DNA of 64,000 bases, from NCBI RefSeq assembly GCF_009914755.1, contig NC_060927.1. One strand, 5' to 3'. This stretch comes from the human T2T-CHM13v2.0 reference genome, Homo sapiens. The notes under the pieces are model-generated. The model was not told where the DNA came from and ran no database searches. It saw nothing but the letters and a program-made list of their open reading frames with translations. Shown here piece after piece: positions 1-18,431 of the stretch. Every line of letters begins with the position of its first letter. Within the stretch, counting starts at the first letter, position 1. A program made the translations under genes and the position numbers.

Positions 1-2784
1 ATATGATATAGTTTATGATCTGATAGCAGGTCAGAATTTATTTGTTTTGTTTTGTTGTTTGTTGATCCTATTCCTTATGAACTGTATTACCTTTCAACTC
101 TCAGTTGTAGTTATAATTCTGAAATCTCAGTATATATTTGTGCCATTACTTCAAGTTATCTTCAAATTCTCCTTAATCATATGGCCTTTTTGAAGCCTTT
201 CTGGACGTGATTAGTCTCCTTTCCCAAGAGTTAGATTGTCATTCATATTTGATGTTAATCACATCATCTGGAGTTTAAATGATGGCTGAATTATTTTGAT
301 CTCATTTTGCATATTAACCAAGCATACAAACATATATTCCTAATAATTGATCTGGTAAAGAATATTTAAATGCAATTATAATTCACCTGTAAATTATTGT
401 TGGTAAAGTTGAATGCAGCATAAAACACAACTAAATAGAAACACTCCTGAGATTATATGTATACCTTATTTAATAAACTGAAAATACGAACACCTATAAT
501 TTACCCCTGAATGATAACATTAAATTACTTCTAATTAGTTACTTAAAAGTTAATTGACTACTTTTGTAAGAGTAACAAATGAAAAGAGATATTGCATTCC
601 CCAAGCATTCTTCAAAAACTTAATGAGGCAATAAAAGCTATGTAAAGCAGGTAATCACTTGTTAATCGATCTGTTATTAGGATCATATTAGAACTAGTAT
701 AATATATTTGCTTTCAGATTTCTTTAAAGTGGACAAGGTGGTCACACCCTTCCTGAAAAATCTTTTTAGTCTGTTGCTTAGGTAACTACTTAGCCATTTA
801 TTACAATAGAGAGAGTGGTTGACAGATCATTAGTGAAATAAATATATGATCTCTATGAACTCATACCTATCTACATGTACTAAATGTCTTGTGATGTGAG
901 AATACATCACATCTCTCATCAGGTATTATTCTAAAGTGTTTGATGAGAAGAGTGTTATGCTGGGGAAAATAAATGCAAAAAAAACACCATCCTGTGAGAA
1001 TTAATTTGCTTTGATTTCATTTGCAAATTTCTAGACATATTCAGCAATATTCCTTAGTGAAGCCCACTTGTGAGTTTGCTAGAAGGATAAATGGATGAAT
1101 TCACCTTTCAGGATTACTTTGTTGGCATCCTTCAAACATGAAAAACTATTAGAATTCATTATAGTGCTTTTACCCCTCCCCCACCCCACCTTTATATTTT
1201 AGCCCTAATTATCTCTTTGAGCAAGAGTATGTTTTCAGATATTTCAGTTATAATAGATTCATCCTCATCTACACACCAATATCATCATTCTTTCCTTTCA
1301 TCATATAATTTGGGAGGAGGTTCTTTCTTCACTATACTAAACTGGAAATCTGAAGTGCCTTTTTGTGAATTGTCTCTCTTCCTTTTATGAACTTTTCAAA
1401 AATATTTCCCCCATGATTTTGAAGTAAAACAAAACAAAACAACAAAACCTTTTAGTTTGTTGTAAAGCTTGAAAGACCTATAATATCTGACCTGTCCAAA
1501 TCAGGCATGCTATTTCTTTTCCATCCTAACAAACAAGAGCATATTAATCATGTAGTAAACTAATAAAGATGATTGCCTGATTAACTCCATGCCCAGAATT
1601 AATTACAACAGAAGCAGTTGTTCTTACAACTTAAATTAGAGCTTGTAGATGATATGGGTAGTCAATAAATCACTCTGCTTCTGATATGGTGTTCAAAAAC
1701 TTGTATTAGACAATCTGATTCACAGCCATAACAGTTCTGTTATCCAGTGGTGATGAGATCCAGACTTATTACTTACATATTAGTCTATAATTATACTAGC
1801 CATTTTTTATCAAAGTTGAAATAAGTCAATCAGCATTATAGATTGATATTTTACCTCCTGTGGGCAAACTAGCTATATCATTAATTCTGATTGGGTTTTG
1901 TTGCTCATTGTTTTATTAAAGCCTAGGATTGTTAGTGTGTCAAACTGAATAATGCAGTACTGAAGTATTTTATAAGAGGCATCATAAAATAACAGGTACC
2001 AATCATCAGGCATAATTATTTTGCTATGTTTCCATAACTTTGCTTATTCTTATTTTCTCTTCTGGTAGATTATCTTCTACATCCTTTTTCATAAAGATGT
2101 TCCTTAGTTTAAAAGAAAGGAAATATTTTTATTGCTTTTCTGGACATTTATCATTGCATTTCCTTGTGGAAAAAGTGAAAAAAACAAACAAACAATTTCT
2201 CACTAGTTTTATTTACAAACTTTTTTTTCCAGTTTATTGTGATTGATTTTGTGCTGCCGTGCTACTTTTATAACCGTCCTCAAGGTCAAAAACAACTACC
2301 TATTTTCCATCAAACCTATCTCCAACAACCTACAATCAAAGTATTTTGCTTGATATTTTTTATTACAAGTTCTCTTTTTGTGTTTGTATGTCATTTTTAA
2401 ATGCTTATTGATCTATGTGCCATTAGGTTATTAGGTTATTGTGGTGTGATATAACCATTGTGGGTTTTGGTAGTGCCTATCTTATTAGATGATTTTTTTT
2501 TTCCTATTTAAACCTTTTAAAGCTGAAAAAAATATTTTCTAACAATTTGGCAATGACTAAAATTCAAAAGGAAATTACACAATTAGTACTTTGTGTGCAT
2601 AATTATGTTTAATATGTATTTTTTAAGTTTTTTATTTACTGATTTGGAAGATGTTATAGCAGAGGTAATAAATATTTAAGAATTTATGGATATTAGTGCA
2701 ATTTGTTGTGAATTTTAATGTTCTGCACTTAGTAATATACTTTATTTTTTAACCTTTTAAAAAAAATCCCTCACAGTACATATA

Positions 2785-3339
<555 letters not shown>

Positions 3340-3471
3340 TTAACGTTTTAATATATTAATGATTTTCAGAGATTTTCTCTTGAGAGAGGATTAGGTAACT
3401 AGGACTAAATCCCCATCAAGAATAATTAGAAAATTGGGCAAAATATATATTAAAACAACTTATTGGAAGGC

Positions 3472-3750
3472 GCATTAGTTACATCTTGCTGTACAGAAAA
3501 CTAACCAAAACTTAATGGCTTAAAATGGTATCAGTATATTTAATTCACAATTCTGTGGGGTTAGAATTTAGGGTATCACGCTGGTATGAGCTATGTTTGG
3601 TTGATCATGGCTGAACTCACAGACCTGTCAGTTCATGGGTTGGCTGGAGCTGCTTGGCTGATGTCTGGGATGTCTGGGATGACTGGAATTCCTCTGGACA
3701 GGGTTTTTCATGCTCCAGCAGGCTAGCCTGAACTTGTTCCTAAATTGATG
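3472..3750 (-). mobile_element. Old MLT1 (MaLR) LTR fragment
   Basis: cttaatggcttaaaa...cacaattctgtgggg...gaatttaggg resembles the reverse complement of the MLT1 3' end. Confidence 0.6.
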
Positions 3751-4079
3751 GCTTTATTTCCTCGATGTATACTAACGACATAATCCTACTCTTGCAGACT
3801 GAAGCACACAACTGAAATCTTTCTCATTAAAGAAATGTTTCCTGAAATATATGAATTATCTTTATTTTGTTTCCTGTTTAACCTCTCTGCTACACTGTCA
3901 CTGCTGATGCTTTTGTCCATGCTCGTGTCTACCTGTATCCTACTCATTAGTTCCTCATCTGTTATTTTATTTAATAGGCATTTTCTTCAATTTTCCTTTT
4001 TTATTTCATTTTTCATTACATTCATCTATTCCTGGCTCTCACTCATTCTATATCGACTACTACCTAAATCTACACTTCA

Positions 4080-4400
4080 GCATTTCCTTTTTCTCCTTAT
4101 ATCTGGACTAATATTTCTAATTATCAGATGGGCATTTCCAACTGTCTTTTTAGCATCACAAACTCAGTATCCCCAAATGTGAATATATCATATACTTCCA
4201 TTTATTTGCTCTTTCTCTTGAAGTCCATATTCAATGAATGCAACAAAAGTAAATTAATTACCCAGGCTTGAAACCTGAAATTATGCTTGATTTATCCTTT
4301 CTCTTTTTCTGTAAGTCCAAATGAATCTTCCTCTGAAATGCCATTCTAATAGTTTCTCTTGGTTTTCACTCCCTGCAGTAAAGTTTGGTTGTTTGCGGTT
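4080..4400 (+). mobile_element. L2 fragment
   Basis: gcatcacaaactcagtatccccaaa...cccaggcttgaaacctgaaattatgcttga are L2-like motifs. Confidence 0.5.
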
Positions 4401-4549
4401 GCTTTGCCTACTTTCCACTTTCCTTTCTTTTGAAAGTATATTTCAAATTTGATTTGAGAAGCTAAGTGTTTTGGGTAGAATTATGATAGTACTTTTTCTC
4501 TATTCATGGATATTAATTGTAAGCCTAGAATTCCATACTTTTGTCCACA

Positions 4550-5950
4550 AAAACCAATTTAGTTAGGATATGTGCAAATTTTGACCAAAGAGAATGAATC
4601 CCAAACTTACAGAGAAGGTAGAAGTTGAAAGTACAGTTCAAATATATTTTTTTACTTGTGAACCACTTGAGAGTAAGTTGTTGGCTGAATGCTCCATCAT
4701 TCTGTAAATTTATAGTAATTCCTAAAAACAACATTCTCCTATATAGCAACAATACAACTATCAAAATTAGGAGGTTAACATCAATGTACTAATACCATTG
4801 TATTAATTTCCTGATTGTTTCTGCACAAATTACACACATTTATTTTGTTATGGTTTTGTAAATCGAAATCCAAATAACTCTCACTAGGCTAAAATCAAGA
4901 TATTGGCAGGCAGGGCAGCATTCTTTCTAGATGATCTAGGAAAAAAAAATGTTTTTTTTGTTTTTGTTTTTGTTTTTCCAGCTTCTAGAGTCTGTCTTCA
5001 TTTCTTGGTTCACAGCCTCCTCCTTCAGTCTTCAAAGCCAGTAGCTTAGCATCTTCAAATGTTTGACTGTAATTCTCTCTCTTTTTATTATAAACATTTT
5101 TATGATTACATTTAGTTCACCCAGTTACTCCAGGCTATTCTGTCTATCTCAACATCTGTAATTTAATCACATCTGCAAAGTTTCTTATACCATGTAAAGT
5201 AACATTCTAGGTTCTGGGGATTACGATGTGTAAATAATTTGAGGACCACCTTCTGCCTACTATACCACCTAATCTTCAGTACCCATTCAAGTTTTGCCAG
5301 TGGTCCCATGCAATATGACACTTACAGCAAAATAATAAATTTTAAATCATGCATTGCATTCAGTCCTCGTCTAATATATCCTCAATATGTGATGTACTTC
5401 ACTTTACAGCTTATCAGGAGGCCAACAAATTTTAATTTGTCACATTTCTGATAATATTCACTTTGATCACTTAATTAAAGTAGTGTCTACTAAGCTTCCG
5501 TACTTTACACCTACTGAGCATTCTGTGCGGAAGTATGTTGAGACTATACAAATATCCCATTCCTCATCAAATTTTTGATTTACTAATTTCTTTATATCAA
5601 TATGGATATATTATAAAGACTTCCTATTTTATTCAGTGGGTTATATCCTCTTACTATCATTTATTTTATACTCACATTATCTCTGTTATAGACAGTGAAA
5701 ATCCCTTTGAACTAACTTCTGTGTTCGTTTGACAGGACCTGCCATGCATTGAGAACTTCTGTTTTCTAGCTGTGCTTTGGAATAAGCCATTTCCTCAAGG
5801 GAGGTCTAGCTAATTTTGGTGCAGAATGATAATCAGAAACCAACATCTGGATGTTAAGTGTGTTCATTGCTATTGAAGTGCCACTGCTTTTATGTTCTGT
5901 CAGAAGACAGAAGAAGAGAATATACATAAACACACACATCGAAAATTATG
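4550..5950 (-). mobile_element. L1MC-type 3' UTR fragment interrupted by an MLT1 LTR
   Basis: ccacttgagagtaagttg and aataagccatttcctcaagg motifs; L1 similarity resumes after the MLT1. Confidence 0.55.
4799..5263 (-). mobile_element. MLT1D-like LTR
   Basis: ggctaaaatcaag...ccagcttctagag...taatcacatctgcaaag...ccatgtaaagtaacat...ctgcctactata. Confidence 0.8.
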
Positions 5951-6059
5951 TATTGATACCGAACCATCAATTCAAGTCTAATACCACTTTTCAGTTTCCC
6001 AGGACTAAAATTTTGGGAAAAGAGGAGAAAAAGAACAAGGGAAAGGGAAGGAAAGGCTC

Positions 6060-6870
6060 AGGAATAATTTTTTTCCGCATGTATTGAAGTGAAACCTAAA
6101 TACACACACAAAAATTCCCTCATTTTAAGTTCAAAATAAGGAATATTTTTCATCCCTAAATGTTCCTTCATCCCCTTGGCAGTCTTCAGTCCTGACCTCT
6201 CGTTTCTTTTCTTTCACTTTGATTTTGCCTTTACTAGAATTAGACACAAAAAGAACCATACAGTATGTAGTCTTTCGTGTTTGGCTTTTTCCATTTAACA
6301 TAAAGCACTTCAGGTTTCTTTTTGTGTGTATCAGTAGTATGTTGTATTACTGAATAAGATCCCATGGTTCAAATTTATTGCACATATATTGGATATCTGG
6401 TTTATTTATTCGTTAGTTAATGATCCTATGAGTTCTTCCTAGGTTTTGTTTTTATAAACAGTTCTGCTACAGACATTTGCTTACAAGTCTTCATGAGAAC
6501 ATAAGTTCTCTTTCCTCTTGGGTAAATAATTAACTTGCTTGCTAAGGGATATAAGTATATGTTTACAAGACATTGGCAAACTGTTTTCCAGAGTGGCTGT
6601 ACTATTCTGTTTTCACCAACAATGTATGAGAGTTCCAATTGCTCCACATTCTGTCTAGCAGTTGGCATTGTTGGTCTTTTATATTTAATCATTCTTGTGG
6701 CTATATAGTGATATCTTATTGGGGATTTACTTTGTATACCCTTGATGGCTAGTAGTGTTAAGCATCTTTTCTCATGTTTGTTGGCCATCTGGGTATATTC
6801 ATTGGTCAAGCATCTTTTAATATCTTTTGCCACTTTTAAATTGGTTGTTTGTTCTATTATTTGTGAATAA
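6060..6870 (-). mobile_element. Old L1M 3' region including ORF2 C-terminal remnant
   Basis: ORF 6426-6833 (IRYHY...VQPLWKTV) is homologous to the L1 ORF2 C-terminus; the element continues at 18432. Confidence 0.85.
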
Positions 6871-6878
6871 TATATATA

Positions 6879-7102
6879 TTTTTTTCTAGAGGCAGAGTCA
6901 CATTGTGTTACCCAAGCTGGAGTGCAGTGTTGCTATCATAGCTCACTGCAAACTTGAACTCCTGAGTACATGCCATCCTTATACCTCAGCCTCCTGGAGA
7001 GATGAGGCTACAGGCATGTGCCATTACCCCTGGCTAATGTTATTTATTTATTTATTTTTTAAAGATGGGGTCTCACTATGTTGCCCAGGCTGGTCTTGAA
7101 CT
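6879..7102 (-). mobile_element. AluJ, 5'-truncated
   Basis: gctggagtgcagtg...atagctcactgc...cccaggctggtcttgaact. Confidence 0.85.
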
Positions 7103-8203
7103 AGCAATAGGAGTCCCTTTTTTTGTTTTTTTGCATTTCAGAAAGTTTGTACTAATGTATATTTACTTCAGTAATCTACTTTGTCTGTAGCTTTATTCAT
7201 AGTTTTTCTTAATTTTAATACGTGTTTGTGAAAAACAGTTGCTTTTAATTTGCTTTTTTTTTTTTAATTTTACTTTAAGCTCGGGGATACATGTGCAGAA
7301 CATGCAGGTTTGATACATAGGTATACAGTGCCGTGGTGGTCTGCTGCACCTATTGACCCATCTGTCAAGTTCCCTCCCCTGGCCCCCCATCCCTCAACAG
7401 GCCCTACTGTGTATTGTTCCTCTCCCTGTGTCCATGTGTTCTCATTGTTCAACTCCTGCTTATGAATGAGAACATGGGGTGTGTGGTTTTCTGTTCCTCT
7501 GTTAGTTCGCTGAGGATGATGGCTTCCAGCTTCATCCATGTCCCTGCAAAGGACACGATTTCATTCCTTTTTATGGCTGCATAGGATTCCATGTGTATAT
7601 GTACCAGATTTTCTTTATCCAGTCTATCATTGATGGGCATTTGGATTGGTTCCATGATTTTGCTATTGTAAATAGTGTTGCAATAAACATGCGTGTGCAT
7701 GTGTCTTTATAGTAGAATGATTTATAATATATTTATATTCCTTTGTCTATATACTCAATGAGGGGATTGCTGGGTCAAATGGTATTTCTGGTTCTAGATT
7801 ATTGAGGAATTGCCTTACTGTCTTCCACAATGTTTGAATTAATTTACATTCCCACCAACAGCGTGAAAGCATTCCTATTTCTCCACAGCCTTGCCAGCAT
7901 CTATTTTTTCTTGACTTTTTAATAATTGCCATTCTGACTGGCATGAGAGAGTATCTCGTTGGGGTTTGATTTGCATTTCTTTTTTTTTTTTTAATTATTA
8001 TTATACTTTAAGTTTTTGGGTACATGTGCACAATGTGCAGGTTAGTTACATATGTATACATGTGCCATGCTGGTGTGCTGCACCCATTAACTCGTCATTT
8101 AGCATTAGGTATATCTCCTAATGCTATCCCTCTCCCCTCCCCCCACCCACAACAGTCCCCAGAGTGTGATGTTCCCCTTCCTGTGTCCATGTGTTCTCAT
8201 TGT

Positions 8204-12030
<3,827 letters not shown>

Positions 12031-12093
12031 TATGATGTTAGCTGGTGATTTTGCTCGTTAGTTGATGCATTTTCTTCCTAGTCTCGATGGTCT

Positions 12094-13108
12094 TTACATT
12101 TTGGCATGATTTTGCAGCGGCTGGTACTGGTTGTTCCTTTCCATGTTTAGTACTTCCTTCAGGAGCTCTTTTAGGGCAGGCCTGGTGGTGACAAAATCTC
12201 TCAGTATTTGCTTTTATGTAAAGTATTTTATTTCTCCTTCACTTATGAAGCTTAGTTTGGCTGGATATGAAATTCTGGGTTGAAAATTCTTTTCTTTGAG
12301 AATGTTGAATATTGGTCCCCACTCTTCTGGCTTGTAGAGTTTCTGCCAAGAGATCCGCTGTTAGTCTGATGGGCTTCCCTTTGTGGGTAACCCGACCTTT
12401 CTCTCTGGCTGCCCTTAACATTTTTTCCTTCATTTCAACTTTGGTGAATCTGACAATTATGTGTCTTGGAGTTGCTCTTCTCAAGGAGTATCTTTGTGGC
12501 CTTCTCTGTATTTCCTGAATTTGAATGTTTGCCTGCCTTGCTAGATTGGGGAAGTTCTCCTGGATAATATCCTGCAGAGTGTTTTCCAACTTGGTTCCAT
12601 TTTCTCTGTCACTTTCAGGTACACCAATCAGACACAGATTTGGTCTTTTCATATAGTCCCATATTTCTTGGAGGCTTTGTTCATTTCTTTTTATTCTTTT
12701 TTCTCTAAACTTCCCTTCTCGCTTCATTTCATTCATTTCATCTTCCATCACTGATACCCTTTCCTCCAGTTGATCGCATCGGCTCCTGAGGCTTCTGCAT
12801 TCTTCACGTAGTTCTTGAGCCTTGGCTTTCAGCTCCATCAGCTCCTTTAAGCACTTCTCTGTATTTGTTATTCTAGTTATACATTCGTCTTAATTTTTTT
12901 CAAAGTTTTCAACTTCTTTTCCTTTGGTTTGAATTTCCTCCTGTAGCTCGGTGTAGTTTGATCGTCTGAAGCCTTCTTCTGTCAAGTCGTCAAAGTCATT
13001 CTCCATCCAGCTTTGTTCCGTTGCTGGTGAGGAACTGCATTCCTTTGGAGGAGGAGAGGTGCTCTGCTTTTTAGAGTTTCCAGTTGTTCTGCTCTGTTTT
13101 TTCCCCAT
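12094..13108 (-). pseudogene. L1 ORF1p, disrupted
   Basis: Starts MGKKQSR at 13108; stop at 12890; frameshift near 12320. Confidence 0.93.
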
Positions 13109-13691
13109 CTTTGTGGTTTTATCTACTTTTGGTCTTTGATGATGGTGATGTACAGATGGGTTTTTGGTGTGGATGTCCTTTCTGTTTGTTAGTTTTCCTT
13201 CTAACAGACAGGACCCTCAGCTGCAGGTCTGTTGGAGTTTGCTAGAGGTCCACTCCAGACCCTGTTTGCCTGGGTATCAGCGGTGGTGTCTGCAGAACTG
13301 TGGATTTTCGTGAACCGGGAATGCTGCTGTCTGATGGTTCCTCTGGAAGTTTTGTCTCAGAGGAGTACCCCGCTGTGTGAGGTGTCAGTCTGCCCCTACT
13401 GGAGGGTGCCTCCCAGTTAGGCTGCTCAGGGGTCAAGCGTCAGGGACCCACTTGAGGAGACAGTCTGCCTGTCCTCAGATCTCCAGCTGAATGCTGGGAG
13501 AACCATTGCTCTCTTCAAAGCTGTCAGACAGGGACATTTAAGTCTGCAGAGGTTACTGCTGTCTTTTTGTTTGTCTGTGCCCTGCCCCCAGAGGTGGAGC
13601 CTACAGAGGCAGGCAGTCCTCCTTGAGCTGTGGTAGGCTCCACCCAGTTCGAGCTTCCCGGCTTCTTTGTTTACCTAAGCAAGCCTGGGCA

Positions 13692-13766
13692 ATGGCGGGC
13701 GCCCCTCCCCCAGCCTTGCTGCCGCCTTGCAGTTTGATCTCAGACTGCTGTGCTAGCAATCATTGA
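13692..13766 (+). pseudogene. L1 antisense ORF0, prematurely terminated (24 aa)
   Basis: ATG GCG GGC GCC CCT CCC CCA... translates to MAGAPPPALLPPCSLISDCCASNH*, matching the primate ORF0 N-terminus, with a TGA at 13764. Confidence 0.85.
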
Positions 13767-16700
13767 GACTCCGTGGGCGTAGGACCCTCTAAGCCAGGTG
13801 CGGGATATAATTTCCTGGTGCGCCATTTCCTAAGCCCATCGGAAAAGCGCAGTATTTGTGTGGGAGTGACCTGATTTTCCAGGTGCTGTCTGTCACCCCT
13901 TTCCTTGACTGGGAAAGGGAACTCCCTGACCCCTTGCGCTTCCTGAGTGAGGCAATGCCTCGCCCTGCTTTGGCTCGCGCACGATGCGCTGCCCCCACTG
14001 TCCTGCGCCCATTGTCTGGCACTCCCTAGTGAGATGAACCCGGTACCTCAGATGGAAATGCAGAAATCACCCATCTTCTGCATCCTTCACGCTAGAAGCT
14101 GTAGACCGGGGCTGTTCCTATTCGGCCATCTTGGCTCCTCCCCCTCCTGATGGTTTGCATTTCTCTAATGATTAGTGATGTTGAGCTTTTTTTCGTGTTT
14201 GTTGGCCACATAAATGTCATCTTTTGAGAAGTGCCTGTTCATATACTTTGCCGACTTTTTGACGTGGTTGTTTGCTGTTTTCTTATAAATTTGTTTAAGT
14301 TCTTTGTAGATTCTGGATATTAGACCTTTGTCACATGGGTACGCAATAAAAAATGATAAAGTGGATATCAAAGAATTGCAAAGACCTTTTCTGCATCTAT
14401 TGAGATAATCATGTGGTTTTTGCCTTTGGTTCTGTTTATATGTTGGCCTGAAGTTTTTTTCGTTGTTGTTGTGGTGGTGTCTCTTCCAGGTTTTGGTATC
14501 AGGATGATGCTGGCTTCATAAAATCAGTTAGGGAGGAGTCTCTCCTTTTCAGTTGTTTGGAATAGTTTCAGAAGGAATGGTACCAGCTCCTCTTTGTACC
14601 TCTGGTAGAATTCGGCTTTGAATCTGTCTGGTACTGGAATTTTTTTTGGTTGGTAGTAATTACTGTCTCAATTTCACAACTTGTTATTGGTCTATTCTGG
14701 GATTCAACTTCTTCCTGGCTTAGTCTTGGGAGGGTGTATATGTCCAGGAAATTATCCATTACTTCTGGATATTCTATCACAGTTCATTTGTGTCAAGGTG
14801 TTTATAATATTTTCTGATGGTAGTTTGTATTTCTGTGGGGTTAGTGGTGATATCCCCTTTATCATTTTTTATTGCGTCTATTTGATTTTTCTCTCTCTTC
14901 TTCTTTATTATTCTGGTGGTCTATCTATTTTGTTAATTTTTTCAGAAAACCAGCTCCTGGATTCATTGATTGTTTTGAAGGGTTTTTCACTTCTCTAGCT
15001 CCTTCAGTTCTGTTCTGATCTTAGTTATTTCTTGTCTTCAGCTAGCTTTCGGATTAATTTGCTCCTGCCTCTCTAGCTCTTTTAATTGTGATGTTAGGGT
15101 GTTGATTCGAGATCTTTCTAGCTTTCTGAAACGGGCATTTAGTGCTATAAATTTCCCTGTTAACACTGCTTTATCTGTGTCCCAGAGATTCTGAGATGTT
15201 GTCTCTTTGTTCTCATTGGTTTCAAAGAACTTCTTGATTTCTGCTTTAATTTCATTATTTACCCAGGATTCATTCAGGAGCAGGTTGTTCAATGTCCATG
15301 TAAGTGTGTGAGTGAGTTTCTTAATCCTGAGTTCCAATTTGATTGCACTGTGGTCTGAGACTGTTTGTTATGATTTCAGTTCTTTTGCCTTTGCTGAGGA
15401 GTGTTTTACTTCCAATTATATGGTTGATTTTAGAATAAATGCCATGTGGCACTGAGAAGAATGCATATTCTATTGATTTGAGATGGAGAGTTCTGTAGAT
15501 GTCTATTAAGTCCACTGGATCCAGAGCTGAGTTCAAGTCCTGAATGTCCTTGTTAATTTTCTGTCTCGTTGGTCTATCTAATATTGACAGTGGGGTGTTA
15601 AAATCTCCCACTATTCTTGTGTGGGCATCTAAGTATCTTTGTAGGTCTCTAAGAACTTGTTTTATGAATCTGGGTGCCCCTGCATTGGGTGCATATATAT
15701 TTAGAATAGTTAGCTCTTCTTGTTGAATCATTCCCTTTACCATTATGTAATGCCCTTCTTTGTCTTTTCTGATCTTTGTTCATTTAAAGTTTGTTTTCTC
15801 AGAGACTAGGATTGCAACTCCTGCTTTTTTTGGTTTTCCATTTGCTTGGTAAATTTTCTTCCATCCCTTTATTTTGAGCTTAGGTGTGTGTTTACACATG
15901 AGATGGGTCTCCCAAATACAGCCCACCGATGGCTCTTGACTATCCAATTAGCCAGTCTGTGTCTTTTAATTGGAGCATTTAGTCCATTTACATTTAAGGT
16001 TAGTATTGTTATATGTGAATTTGAACCTGTAATCATGATGCTATCTGATTATTTTGCACACTAGTTGCTACAGTTTCTTCATAGTGTCATTGGCCTTTAT
16101 ACTTTGGTGTGTTTTTTGCAGTGGCTGGTACCAGTTTTTCTTTTCCATATTTAGTGCTTCTTTCAGGAGCTCTTGCAAGGCAGGCCTGTTGGTAATGAAA
16201 TCCCTCAGCATTTGCTTGTCCGAAAAGGATTTTATTTCTCCTTCACTTATGAAGCTTAGTTTGGCTGGATATAAAATTCTGGGTTGAAAATTCTTTTCTT
16301 TAAGAATGTTGAATATTGGCCCCCAGTCTTTTCTGGCTTGTAGAGTTTCTGCTGAGAGGTCCACTGTTAGTCTGATGGGCTTCCCTTTGTTGGTGATCTG
16401 ACCTTTCTCTATGGTTGCCCTGAACATTTTTCTTTCCTTTTGACCTTGGAGAATCTGATGATATGTGTCTTGGAATTGATTTTCTTGTGGAGTATCTTAG
16501 TGGTGTTCTCCTTCTTTCCTGAATTTGCATGTTGGCCTGTCTTGCTAGGTTGGGGAACTTCTCCGGCATAATATCCTGAAGTGTGTTTTCCAGCTCCCTC
16601 TCTCTTTCAGGTACTCCAATCAGTCATAGGTTCAGTCTTTGTATAAAGTCCCATATTTCTTGGAGGCTTTGTTTGTTCCTTTTTATTATTATTATTATTT

Positions 16701-18431
16701 TTTCTAATCTTATCTGCATGCCTTATTTCAGCAAGGTGGTCTTCAAACTCTGATATCCTTTCTTCCACTTGGTTGATTTGTCTATTGATACATGAAGTTC
16801 TTGTACTGTGTTTTTCAGCTCCATCAGTTCATTTATGGTCCTCTCTAAACTGGTTATTCTAGTTAGCAGCTCCTCTAACCTTTTATCAAGGTTCTTAGCT
16901 TCTTTGCATTGGATTAGAACATGCTCCTTTAGCTCAGTGGAGTTTTTAATTACCCATCTTCTGAAGCCTACTTCTGTCAATTCATCCATCTCATCCTCCG
17001 TCCAGTTCTGTGCCCTTGCTAGAGACATATTGTGATCATTTGGAGGAGAAAAGGCACTCTGGCCTTTTGGATTTTCAGCATTTTTTTGTTGATTATTTCT
17101 CATCTTCATGAGTTTGTCTAGTTTCAATCTTTGAGGCTGCTGACCCTTGGATGGGGTTTTTGTAGGGACTTTTTTGTTGTTGATGATGTCGTCGTTGCTT
17201 TGTGTTTGTTTTTCTTTCCATGGTCAGGTCCCTCTTCTGTAGGGCTGCTGCAGTTTGCTGGGGGTTCACTTTAGGCACTATTCATCTGGTTTGCTCCCGC
17301 ACCTGGAGATGTCACTCAGCAAGGCTGGAGAACAGCAAAGATGGTTGCCTGCTCATTCTTCTGGGATCTCTAACCTTGATGGGCACACACCTGATGCCAG
17401 TAGGATCGCTCCTGTATAGGGTGTCTGACAACCCCTGTTGGAGGGTCTCACCAAGTTGAGTGGCACAGGGAACAGGACCCATTTAATGAAGCACTTTTAC
17501 TGTCCCTTGGTGGAGGGGGTGTGCTTCGCTGGGGAAACCCACTCATCTGGGCTGCTTGGATTCTTCAGAACTACCAGGAAGAAAGGCTAAGTCTGCTGGT
17601 CTGCAGAGACTGTGGCCACCTCCCACCCAGGGGCTCAGGCCCAGGGAGATCCGGGTTCCGTCCCTGAGCCTCTGGGTGGAGTTGTTGGAGTTCTTGCAGG
17701 GAAGCCCCTCCCAGTGAGGAAGGATGTGTCAGGGTCAGCCCTGAAGAGGCCCTCTGGCTGCAGTCTGCCGCAACTGGTATGTTGGACTCTGGGGGACATC
17801 TCTTGGGGACCAAGCCATCCAGCTTCCCTGGCTCTAGCAGGGGAAAAACGTGGCTTGGAGCTATAGAGATGGATGCTGCCCTTCCCTCGCCCCGGGAGCT
17901 TAGTGTGTTAGGCAGTTATGAGTCCCAGTACTGGCTGATGCCCCTCCTCCAAGGAGCTCAAAAGGCTTAGGCAGCAGGCAGCCACAGTTGTGGTGCTGGT
18001 CGCCTCTCCTCCTGGGGAGCTCGCAGGCTTATGCAGATTTCAGCTGACAGGCTGTTGAGAATCTGCACAGCTCTGGGGTTGGGAACCTAGGCCCCAGTGG
18101 CATGGGTTTGCCAGTGGGATTTTGCCATCTGTGGGTTGCATGGTTCTGTAGAAAAAGCACGGTTTCCCCAGCTGGATAGCACACTCACTCACTGCCTCCC
18201 TTGGCTAGGGGTCGGGGGCTCCCCTTCTCTATGTGGCTCTCAGGTGGGTGGTGCACCACACTGCTCTTTCTTGCTCTCTGTGGATCACATCAGTCACCTA
18301 GTCAGTTCTGATGAGAGAATCTGGATGATACCATGGTTGCCAATGAAGGATTCACATGCTAATTAACGGTTCTTTTCGATGACAGCCTCTGATATCCGCT
18401 GTTTCTAGTTGGCCATCTTGGCCCCATCCCC

